Origin: Granulicella sp.
GTDB taxonomy: Bacteria > Acidobacteriota > Terriglobia > Terriglobales > Acidobacteriaceae
NCBI GenBank assembly: GCA_027339965.1
Contig: DAHWNL010000007.1
Location: 1-40,769 of the forward strand
DNA: 40,769 nt
Direction: 5' to 3'
The notes under the pieces are model-generated. The model was given only the letters and a program-made list of their open reading frames with translations. It was not told the DNA's origin and searched no databases. Each line of letters opens with the position of its first letter. Position 1 is the stretch's first letter. Shown in pieces: positions 19,499 to 29,241 of this stretch. The position numbers and the translations under genes were made by a program.

Positions 19499-20785
19499 TT
19501 AGCGCAACGGAGCCCGGGCAACACCGATGACCGAATCCGCTGCTCCGTAGTACAAAAGCCACTGACCGTGCCAACTCACCAGTCCTTCGGCAAAGACCCC
19601 TCCGGCCGCGTACCGCCCATTGCGTTCATAGGGCCAGGTAGGCTGCAGCACAGGATGGTCTGTGCGTTCCAGCAACCGGGAGGGATCGGCTGCCGAAAAC
19701 AGCGCCTCTCCGACGGTATAGGCCCCGGGACGGAGCGTGGGATCGGCCCGAAGCCGTGCCTCGTCAGGATGGCGAAGGGAGACTCTGGCCGAATCTCTCT
19801 GCTTCGCCCCGGCGGGGCCTGGCGAAACGGCTGGGGCGGGAGCATCGGCCACCTGGGTGTTCTTTGCGTTGGAGACTCCCAGCAGCGAGTTTTCGCCGTT
19901 GTAGATCAGGAGGATTCCCCTCCGAGTCAGCAGCGGAGGCGGGCCCGCCGTCGCCGAGCCGCTGTCAAAGCGCCCCGCTCTGGCGCTCAGGACAATCAAA
20001 GGCCTGCCGCTCCTCTTGTCCATGACCGGCGCCCAATGGATGAGATCGGTCGAGGTGGCCAGATGGATCGCCTTCTCCCCCCAGTACATCCAGTACCTTC
20101 CGTGGAGCCTGGCCGCCTGAAGCCGACCGTGGCGAAGTTCGGTCAGGATGGCGGCTGAACCGTCGTTGACCCGGATTCCCTTGCCATGGGAGCCACGTCG
20201 GGTTGCCGCAAAGACCGGGCCCCACCGGGTCCAGTCGCGCAGATTGCTGGAGGTGGCAATACTGATCGTGTCCTGCCGCTCGCCACGGGTCCTCCGTCTA
20301 GAACTCGATTCGGTGTAGGTCATCACGTAACGGCCATGCGGGCCCACCACAATGCGTGCTCCCTGCAGGCCATACCGGGTTTGGTGTGCCGGCTGCAGGC
20401 TGTCCCGCGGGGGAAGAACGGGAGTTCCATCGACAGTGAAGAAGAGGCCGTCCTTGCTGGTGGCAAGACCCAAGCGAGAGGTGCAATCCGGGCTCTGGCC
20501 CGCTTCTGATCTCCCCTCGGCGCGAAAGACAATGGCGACCTCTCCATCCACCGCTATCGCGGCGCCCGGGTCAATGGTAGCCAGGTTATCCCAGAAAACT
20601 TTCTGTTGCGTGGCCGGGTCCGTGAAGTTGTAGAAGCGGTTGGGTTCGATGGCCGGCGCATCCAGGGGACGAACGAAAGGCCCAACCTCCCACGACTGGG
20701 CGTGCAGGGGGTGGACAGCAAGGATCCCCGCGGCGAGAGACACCGCAGCGAACAGAAGCAGACGCATATTGTGTACGGCGGTCAC
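19499..20785 (-). CDS. Exported GH130-like five-bladed propeller glycosidase with degenerate catalytic motif
   Basis: Signal peptide; SRLGLATSKDG, YWMYWGE, FDS...GPP...LIYNG, FAEGLV...LYYGAADS. QGAR stands where EDPR is typical. Confidence 0.8.
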   Translation of the reverse strand: MTAVHNMRLLLFAAVSLAAGILAVHPLHAQSWEVGPFVRPLDAPAIEPNRFYNFTDPATQQKVFWDNLATIDPGAAIAVDGEVAIVFRAEGRSEAGQSPDCTSRLGLATSKDGLFFTVDGTPVLPPRDSLQPAHQTRYGLQGARIVVGPHGRYVMTYTESSSRRRTRGERQDTISIATSSNLRDWTRWGPVFAATRRGSHGKGIRVNDGSAAILTELRHGRLQAARLHGRYWMYWGEKAIHLATSTDLIHWAPVMDKRSGRPLIVLSARAGRFDSGSATAGPPPLLTRRGILLIYNGENSLLGVSNAKNTQVADAPAPAVSPGPAGAKQRDSARVSLRHPDEARLRADPTLRPGAYTVGEALFSAADPSRLLERTDHPVLQPTWPYERNGRYAAGGVFAEGLVSWHGQWLLYYGAADSVIGVARAPLR

Positions 20786-20879
20786 CGGGTCTCCATGGAG
20801 CAGAGGGTAGAAGATAGAGTACCGGCGCGGAGCAGCGCTTGTCGAAGGCTAGGCTCCCAGTCGCTGTGTCCTCCTGGCG

Positions 20880-22031
20880 CTAAGCTGTGCCGCTCTGAAT
20901 CTCCGCAAAGACTCGAAGCAAGTTTCCTCCCAACAGCTTGGTCAGTTGCTCGGCATCATACCCGCGTTCCAGCAGCGCCGCGGTGATGCTGGGAAGGCCG
21001 GCGGCGCTGCTCAAGCCCTGTGGAGCGATGGGGAAGCCATCGAAGTCCGAGCCCAGGCCCACATGGTCGATGCCCATGATGCCGGCGACGTGATCGATGT
21101 GGTCCACCAGGGCGCTCAGCGGGGCCAGAGGGAGCTTGTCGCAGAGGTGTTCAGCGTAAAAGGTCCGATCGATCGAGAGTAGAACGTGGTAGGGCAAGGG
21201 CTCGCCCCGCTCCCGATACTCTTTCGCCGCTGCCTGGTACAGCGCTTCACGCTGGGGCTGGGTTGCCGCCCAGCCCTCCCGCCAGCGGGCATCCAGGAAA
21301 GATGGGTAGAAGTTCACCATGACCAGACCATGCTGACTGGCGAGGGCGCGCAACTGGTCGTCGCTCAGGTTGCGCGGCGCATGGGTCAGCGCGCGGGCGC
21401 TGGAGTGGGAGGCTATCACCGGCCTCTGGGATGTCTCGAGGACGTTCCAGAAGGTGGAGTCGGCCACGTGCGAGACGTCGACCATCATGCCCAACCGGTT
21501 CATCTCTCGCACCACCTCGCGGCCAAAGGGAGTGAGTCCGCCATGGTGGGCGACGGTCGAATCGTCCAGATCGCCTGAACTATCCGCCCACTCGTTGGTG
21601 TTGGACCAAGTGAGCGTCATATACCGCACCCCCAGCCGGTGGTAGATCCGGAGCAGCCCCAGGTCCGCTTCGATGGAGTGACCGCCCTCAATCCCCAGCA
21701 GCGCGCAGAAGATCTTCTCGCGATGAGCCTGGCGAATATCCTCGGGAGAGCAACCCAGGCGCATGGCGGAGGGGTATCGGCGCAGTTGCTCGTAGACGCC
21801 ATCGATCAGTTGCAGTGTCCGGTGCGCCATGCGTCCTGGCCACTCGCGCGGGTCCACCCAGATGGCGAAGAACTCCGCAGCCAAATTTCCAGCTCTGGCG
21901 GTCTCCAGGTTGAGCATGCCGGCACCCAGAGGGTCGCCAAAGTTCCAGCGCTCGTCCACAAACCTCTGGGGGGTGTCGGCGTGGCCGTCGATGACGATGG
22001 CGCGGGCGTGAATCTCTGCTGGGTCGAGCAT
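20880..22031 (-). CDS. Membrane dipeptidase (peptidase M19, amidohydrolase fold)
   Basis: IDGHADT, GIEGGH, RYMTLTW, MVDVSH, IASHS, RNLSD, GLGSDFDG. Confidence 0.93.
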   Translation of the reverse strand: MLDPAEIHARAIVIDGHADTPQRFVDERWNFGDPLGAGMLNLETARAGNLAAEFFAIWVDPREWPGRMAHRTLQLIDGVYEQLRRYPSAMRLGCSPEDIRQAHREKIFCALLGIEGGHSIEADLGLLRIYHRLGVRYMTLTWSNTNEWADSSGDLDDSTVAHHGGLTPFGREVVREMNRLGMMVDVSHVADSTFWNVLETSQRPVIASHSSARALTHAPRNLSDDQLRALASQHGLVMVNFYPSFLDARWREGWAATQPQREALYQAAAKEYRERGEPLPYHVLLSIDRTFYAEHLCDKLPLAPLSALVDHIDHVAGIMGIDHVGLGSDFDGFPIAPQGLSSAAGLPSITAALLERGYDAEQLTKLLGGNLLRVFAEIQSGTA

Positions 22032-22157
22032 CCTTGCTTTGATTATTACCCCGTGGCAGCCGGACAGGTCCAGCCTCCTTGTTCAGCCGGAGACTCGGCG
22101 CGGAGCACAGTTGCCTTCCGGAGCCCGGTCGGCCGGGATCACGCAGGCCAACGACGA

Positions 22158-22183
22158 AGCAGGCTCCCGGACGGGAGCCTGCT
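22158..22183 (-). terminator. Hairpin after sdhB
   Basis: AGCAGGCTCCCG-GA-CGGGAGCCTGCT perfect inverted repeat with a weak U-tract. Confidence 0.55.
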
Positions 22184-22230
22184 GTGTAAGCCTCTTTGCG
22201 TGTTCTTTCTCTTCTGTCGGGAGGATCCTG

Positions 22231-23019
22231 CTATGCTCCTTCGACGACCGGAGTGATGGGAGTGGGCAGGTCGTCGCGGCGCTGGATGCTGCCGCAAAGA
22301 TAATCGCGATTCATCTTGGCGATGACATCCAACGGAATCTCCTTGGGGCAGGCGCCGGTGCATTCGCCGATGTTGGTGCAGTTGCCGAAGCCCTCGACAT
22401 TCATCTGCGCCACCATGGCCAGAGCTCGGCGGTCTTTCTCGGTCTTACCCTGAGGCAGGACCCCCAGATGAGTGATCTTGGCTCCGGTAAAGAGCGCTGC
22501 GGCGGCGTTCGGGCAGGCAGCCACACAGGCGCCGCAGCCGATGCAGGCAGCCGCGTCCATGGACTGGTCTGCAATCTCCTTGCCGATGGGGATGCTGTTG
22601 GCCTCGGGCCCCTGTCCAGTTCCGACGGAGATATATCCGCCGGCCTCGATGATGTGGTCCAGGGCGCGGCGATTGACTACCAGATCCTTGACCATGGGAA
22701 ACGCCTTGGCGCGCCATGGCTCCAGGGTGATCTCGTCGCCGTCCTTGAAGTGCCTCATGGTCAACTGGCAGGCCGTTGTGGCGCGCTCCGGTCCGTGAGC
22801 GACTCCGTTGATGACGAAGCCGCAAGAACCACAGATGCCTTCACGGCAGTCATGCTCAAACGCCACAGGCACTTCGCCGCGGAGAATCAAGGACTCATTG
22901 AGCACATCCAGGCACTCAAGGATCGACATCTCCCCGTCGACATCGTCAACCACATACTTGACAAACTGACCCTTGTCGCTGCTGCTCTTCTGCCGCCAGA
23001 TCTTCAATGTCACTTTCAT
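22231..23019 (-). CDS. sdhB: Succinate dehydrogenase/fumarate reductase iron-sulfur subunit
   Basis: [33 protein letters not shown]. Confidence 0.96.
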   Translation of the reverse strand: MKVTLKIWRQKSSSDKGQFVKYVVDDVDGEMSILECLDVLNESLILRGEVPVAFEHDCREGICGSCGFVINGVAHGPERATTACQLTMRHFKDGDEITLEPWRAKAFPMVKDLVVNRRALDHIIEAGGYISVGTGQGPEANSIPIGKEIADQSMDAAACIGCGACVAACPNAAAALFTGAKITHLGVLPQGKTEKDRRALAMVAQMNVEGFGNCTNIGECTGACPKEIPLDVIAKMNRDYLCGSIQRRDDLPTPITPVVEGA

Positions 23020-24933
<1,914 letters not shown>

Positions 24934-24934
24934 C

Positions 24935-25627
24935 TTATTTTATGACCCCCAGCAATACGCTGATTGGAACGGAGATGTACCCCAGCACGATGAGAACGGC
25001 GATGGCCTGGGCCGCGATCTTCAAGTAACGGGTGAGGCGCGGATGCGCGCAACCGATGGATTGGAAGGCGCTCCAGAGACCATGGCTGAGATGCAGACCG
25101 AGCAGGCAGAGGGCGAAGATATACCAGGCTGAGACCCACCACACGCGGAATCCGGAGACCACGTTGCCATAGACGTCGCCGGCGACGAACTGCGCCTGCG
25201 GATGGATGTAACCGGCGGTGAACTGCAGAAGATGAAAGATCAGGAACGCCAGGACGATTGGGCCGCTCCAGTACATGGTGCGGGAGGCGTAGGAGGAGTT
25301 GATGGCCTCCTTGCGGGAGTATCCGACCGGACGCGCTGCTTGACTGCGCAGGGCCAGTTGCACCGTGGCGGTGACATGCAGCCCAAGCGCCAGCAGCAGG
25401 ATGCCACGGATGATCCAGAGTTCTTCCGTGATGTCATGATGTAGAAAGTGCCCATACGCGTTGATGTGCTCGGGGGCCAGAAACATCTGCAGATTGCCGA
25501 TCATGTGGCCTACGATGAAGCAGAACATGATGGCTCCGGTGACCGCCATGACCACTTTCTTTCCATTCGAGGACTGCCAGAAGCTAATAGGATGAGGATG
25601 GTGCGGGATAACCCCAGTGTTGCCCAT
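24935..25627 (-). CDS. sdhC: Succinate dehydrogenase cytochrome b subunit (single, diheme type); start uncertain, ORF open to 25765
   Basis: KKVVMAVTG...GHMIGNL, LHV, ASRTM, IFHL, LHLSHG; about 5 TM helices; directly upstream of sdhA. Confidence 0.9.
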   Translation of the reverse strand: MGNTGVIPHHPHPISFWQSSNGKKVVMAVTGAIMFCFIVGHMIGNLQMFLAPEHINAYGHFLHHDITEELWIIRGILLLALGLHVTATVQLALRSQAARPVGYSRKEAINSSYASRTMYWSGPIVLAFLIFHLLQFTAGYIHPQAQFVAGDVYGNVVSGFRVWWVSAWYIFALCLLGLHLSHGLWSAFQSIGCAHPRLTRYLKIAAQAIAVLIVLGYISVPISVLLGVIK

Positions 25628-25972
25628 TAATTTGTCCCAGCCTTGTCGTGGTGGATCTTGGTGTCTTGTGAGGGAGTTGGAGGCTGCAATGACGGTCTTC
25701 TCTTCATCTTCCTCAACCCCGGTGGTCTCTTCCATCGGTGCGAAAGGGATCTTCCGCTTGGACAAAGAGCACTAGGATTATCGCCAGCGGAAAATAGGCC
25801 AGTCAAGCCGTGGGTTCGAATATCGCCAGTTCTGTTCGATAATGTCCGCGCAGGGGTTTGTCGCAGCATAGGCTGATACCTCCCGCGTGGTGCAGCCAAC
25901 GGTGGAGCGATTTCTCTGAGGTGCGCCATGGATGGGGTCGGGCTGCCGGCCAGGTCTATTGGAGCAGAACTC

Positions 25973-26605
25973 CTAGAGCAAGTGGCGCTGTTGCACCAGG
26001 GAGCGGAACGCGAGTCCCCGATGCGAGATCTGCCATTTTTCTTCTCGGGTGAGTTCAGCAAAGGTTCGGTTCAGGCCCGGGAAGAAGAAGAGAGGGTCAT
26101 ATCCGAAGCCGGCCGCGCCGCGAGGGGAGTGCATGATTTCGCCTTCGACGCTGCCCTGAGAGCGAAAAAGAACCTCTCCGTCGCGGGCCAGGGCAAGATG
26201 GCAGACGAAGCGGGCGGCGCGAGATGCAGAGGGCGGCAGAGACTCCATCCGCTGCAACAGAAGGGCGTTGTTGCGTTGATCGAGAGAACCGCTCAGGGAT
26301 GCGGGAGAGCTGGAGCCCTTTGGGAGATGGCGATCGGCGAAACGGGCGGAGTGGACGCCGGGCTGGTTGCCGAGAGCCGGAACCTCCAGGCCGGAGTCGT
26401 CGGCGAAAACCAGAAGGCCTGGGGCTGCCAAAGAGTAGGCAATGGCCTTGATGTCGGCGTTGCCTTGGAAGGTTGTGGCGTCCTCGGCCGGCGCCGGGAT
26501 GGCATCCAGTCCAGGCAGTGCAAGCACGCTGATCCCGAAAGGCTGAGCCGCGCCGGCAAACTCAGCCAGCTTGCCGGGGTTGGAGGTAGCTGCATAGAAG
26601 GTCAT
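25973..26605 (-). CDS. rdgB: Non-canonical purine NTP pyrophosphatase (RdgB/HAM1)
   Basis: ATSNPGKL, ADDSGL, PGVHSAR, GFGYDPLF, ISHRG. Confidence 0.95.
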   Translation of the reverse strand: MTFYAATSNPGKLAEFAGAAQPFGISVLALPGLDAIPAPAEDATTFQGNADIKAIAYSLAAPGLLVFADDSGLEVPALGNQPGVHSARFADRHLPKGSSSPASLSGSLDQRNNALLLQRMESLPPSASRAARFVCHLALARDGEVLFRSQGSVEGEIMHSPRGAAGFGYDPLFFFPGLNRTFAELTREEKWQISHRGLAFRSLVQQRHLL

Positions 26606-26800
26606 GGCGGCGGATAGTATAACCGGTTACCTGGCAGGCGGCTTTGCCGTCTCGAGTGCCGTTTTCTGTTGCCGCCGCGAATCATGCTGGCAATAATAGG
26701 TGCAGTGTACAGCGGCGGTATTGGGGGGAGAGGGTAGCATGTTGCGGGACGCTATGCCGGTGGCGGTGCAGGGCAGCCAGCTCAACAGAGCCGATCGACG

Positions 26801-27757
26801 ATGACCAGGATCAGCATCGTCATCCCTGCGTACAACGCGGAACGGACCCTGCGTGAGACGCTGGAAAGCGCGTTGAACCAGACTCAACCTGCGCATGAGG
26901 TTCTGGTGGTCGACGATGGATCCAGGGACCGCACCGAAGAGATCGCGCGCTCCTTTGGAGATCAGGTTCGATATATCAAACAGAGCAACCAGGGAATCGC
27001 CGGCGCAAGAAACACGGCGGTGCGGGAGGCGACCGGCGATTGGATCGCCTTTCTTGATCACGATGACCTGATGCTGCCAACCAAGATTGAGAAACAACGG
27101 GCGCTGATCGAAGCGAATCCGGATCTGGTGGTCGTCTACTCCGCCTTTACGAACCTTTTCGACGATGGGACAACGGGCCTCGTTCCCGCATTTCCGGCGA
27201 CGGACCTCTGGCCGGCGCTGCGGTACCGCACGCCCATCCTGCCTTCCACCTCCATCGTCCGGCGCTCGGCTCTTCAGGAGGTGGGCGGATTCCTGCCCCT
27301 TTACTGTGTGGACGACTGGAACCTCTGGTTCCGTCTGGTGCGGCGATACTCTGCGAAGGCCTTTCAGGAACATCCGGAGAGCCTTACGCTTTATCGGCGC
27401 TGGGAGGGCAGTGAGAGCCGAAACTTCATGCCAATGTCCAAAGCCGTTCTGGGGCTGCTGGACGACCTTTTGCTGGACGGGTTGAGTGGATTCCGAAGAG
27501 AGATCTGGAGACGGCGTATTGAAGCCAAGGTCTACTATGAACTCTCCCTGGGCCTGCGGGATCGGAAGAACGAGCGGTATTGGGAGTTCGCCATCGAGTC
27601 CCTTTTACGCTGGCCATTCTGTGGCAAGATTGTTCCTCCCCATCGTTATTTGGTCTTCGCTCACATGCTCGGGACCAGGCTGCGCAACTTCTCCTGGAGG
27701 CCCAGGTACTGGTGGCCGGTCCGGCGATGCCGGGAGAACCTGACCCTATCCAATTGA
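26801..27757 (+). CDS. Glycosyltransferase family 2
   Basis: ISIVIPAYN, VVDDGS, GARN, AFLDHDD, DWNLWFRL. Confidence 0.92.
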   Translation: MTRISIVIPAYNAERTLRETLESALNQTQPAHEVLVVDDGSRDRTEEIARSFGDQVRYIKQSNQGIAGARNTAVREATGDWIAFLDHDDLMLPTKIEKQRALIEANPDLVVVYSAFTNLFDDGTTGLVPAFPATDLWPALRYRTPILPSTSIVRRSALQEVGGFLPLYCVDDWNLWFRLVRRYSAKAFQEHPESLTLYRRWEGSESRNFMPMSKAVLGLLDDLLLDGLSGFRREIWRRRIEAKVYYELSLGLRDRKNERYWEFAIESLLRWPFCGKIVPPHRYLVFAHMLGTRLRNFSWRPRYWWPVRRCRENLTLSN

Positions 27758-28047
27758 TTTGGTCGCGTCCAGGAATGGCGGCCGCCGGGGCCGCTTGAAG
27801 CAGCCCGGCAACCGATCCAATTATATCGTATATCGATATTAGCCCGAATTCGTCACTGCCGAGTCGGGGCGTGCGGTGGTCTTTCCGGCTGAGGCGGCTT
27901 GGCCTGTATTCCGAATATCGCACATAAAAGCCGATGAACGCTCTGCCTCTTTTTGCGCTCCAGGGTGAAGAATATCTTCTTTTTCATTGGTTTACATGAC
28001 ACTCACCGGTTTTAGTGAATGTTCTGTCAGAAATGAAATGTGCTCTT

Positions 28048-28063
28048 TGTGATGGTGATCACA
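28048..28063. promoter_or_regulatory. CRP/FNR-family (or Rex-like) operator upstream of the decaheme cytochrome
   Basis: TGTGA-TGGTGA-TCACA is an exact TGTGA-N6-TCACA with 6-bp arms TGTGAT/ATCACA, about 105 bp before the ATG in an AT-rich spacer. Confidence 0.65.
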
Positions 28064-28167
28064 GGTAAGCGCCGGCAGCAGCCGTTAGGCTGACACGAGA
28101 TAAAGGTCCAGCGGAGGATAGAAGCAACAGAAGACCAAAAATCCGCAGACTTGAGGTGTAAACCGTG

Positions 28168-29100
28168 ATGAGGCAGAAGCCCCGCAAGATAGCAAGGTAT
28201 GTTTCCCTGGCGGCGCTGGCCGGGCTGCTGGCCCTGGCCGGAGGCCGGAGGGCGAGCGCGCAGACCGCGACGTTGCAGCATGGATCGGGCGCGGCGGCGG
28301 CAGCGAGCTCGAATCAGTATGTGGGCAACGCCACCTGTGCGATGTGCCATCAGGAGCTGGCCAGCCAGATGGCCGATAATCCGCACCACAAGATCACGAT
28401 GCTGGAGGGCCACGCGGGGCACACCTGCGAGAGCTGCCATGGGCCGGGCCGGGCGCATGTGGACGGGGGCGGGGACATCACCAAGATCCGCCACTTTGAT
28501 GTGCTGACGCCCAGCCAGATCGATGCGACGTGCCTGAGCTGCCATGCGCAGACGCATCCGAACTTCATGCGTTCGCCGCACGCGCGGGCGGGGGTGAGCT
28601 GTCTGAGCTGCCACAGCATCCACAAGGCGGAGCCGGAGACGACGCTGCTGGTGGCCACTCAGCCGCTGCTCTGCTACCGCTGTCACAGCGACATCAAGCC
28701 GTCCTTCGCGATGCCGTTTCATCACCGGGTGAACGAAGGTCTGATGCAGTGCACGGACTGCCATGACGTGCATGGGACCTTCCAGGCCAACAACCTGCGG
28801 AACACGGTGGATCAGAACATGGTCTGCGTGAAGTGCCACATTGATGTGCGGGGGCCGTTTGTCTACGAGCATGCGCCGGTGAAGGCCGAGGGGTGCATGG
28901 GCTGCCATACGCCGCACGGCTCGGTGAACGCGCGTCTGCTGAACATGCCGAACATCAACGTGCTGTGCAACCAGTGCCACAGCCAGGTGGCTGCGGATAC
29001 GGTGCATGGGATGAATGCGGGATCGTCGGACAGCATTCCCTGTACGACCTGCCACACCTACATCCATGGATCGAACATGGACGAGGCGTTTCTGCGCTAG
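28168..29100 (+). CDS. Periplasmic decaheme c-type cytochrome, DmsE/MtrA/PioA family
   Basis: Signal peptide plus ten CxxCH motifs (CAMCH, CESCH, CLSCH, CLSCH, CYRCH, CTDCH, CVKCH, CMGCH, CNQCH, CTTCH); RGPFVYEHAPV; C-terminal IHGSN. The start could also be GTG at 28165. Confidence 0.95.
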   Translation: MRQKPRKIARYVSLAALAGLLALAGGRRASAQTATLQHGSGAAAAASSNQYVGNATCAMCHQELASQMADNPHHKITMLEGHAGHTCESCHGPGRAHVDGGGDITKIRHFDVLTPSQIDATCLSCHAQTHPNFMRSPHARAGVSCLSCHSIHKAEPETTLLVATQPLLCYRCHSDIKPSFAMPFHHRVNEGLMQCTDCHDVHGTFQANNLRNTVDQNMVCVKCHIDVRGPFVYEHAPVKAEGCMGCHTPHGSVNARLLNMPNINVLCNQCHSQVAADTVHGMNAGSSDSIPCTTCHTYIHGSNMDEAFLR

Positions 29101-29168
29101 GGAAGCTGGAGGCTGCGCCGCTGTGCAGCGGATGAGGCTGGTGGCGCGGGGGATCTGGAGGCTGGCAG

Positions 29169-29208
29169 GGATCCGGATTCATGGATCCAGGTTCATGGAT
29201 CCAGGTTT
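29169..29208. repeat. Three 14-bp tandem units, each starting with the GGATCC palindrome
   Basis: GGATCCGGATTCAT GGATCCAGGTTCAT GGATCCAGGTTT; GGATCC at 29169, 29183 and 29197. Confidence 0.7.
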
Positions 29209-29241
29209 TGGGAAGCGAGGTTGAGTCAAGTGAGGCTTGAG

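Noticed and set aside
29169..29208. CRISPR-like array
   Set aside because: Contiguous 14-bp units with no spacers, and no cas genes in the window.
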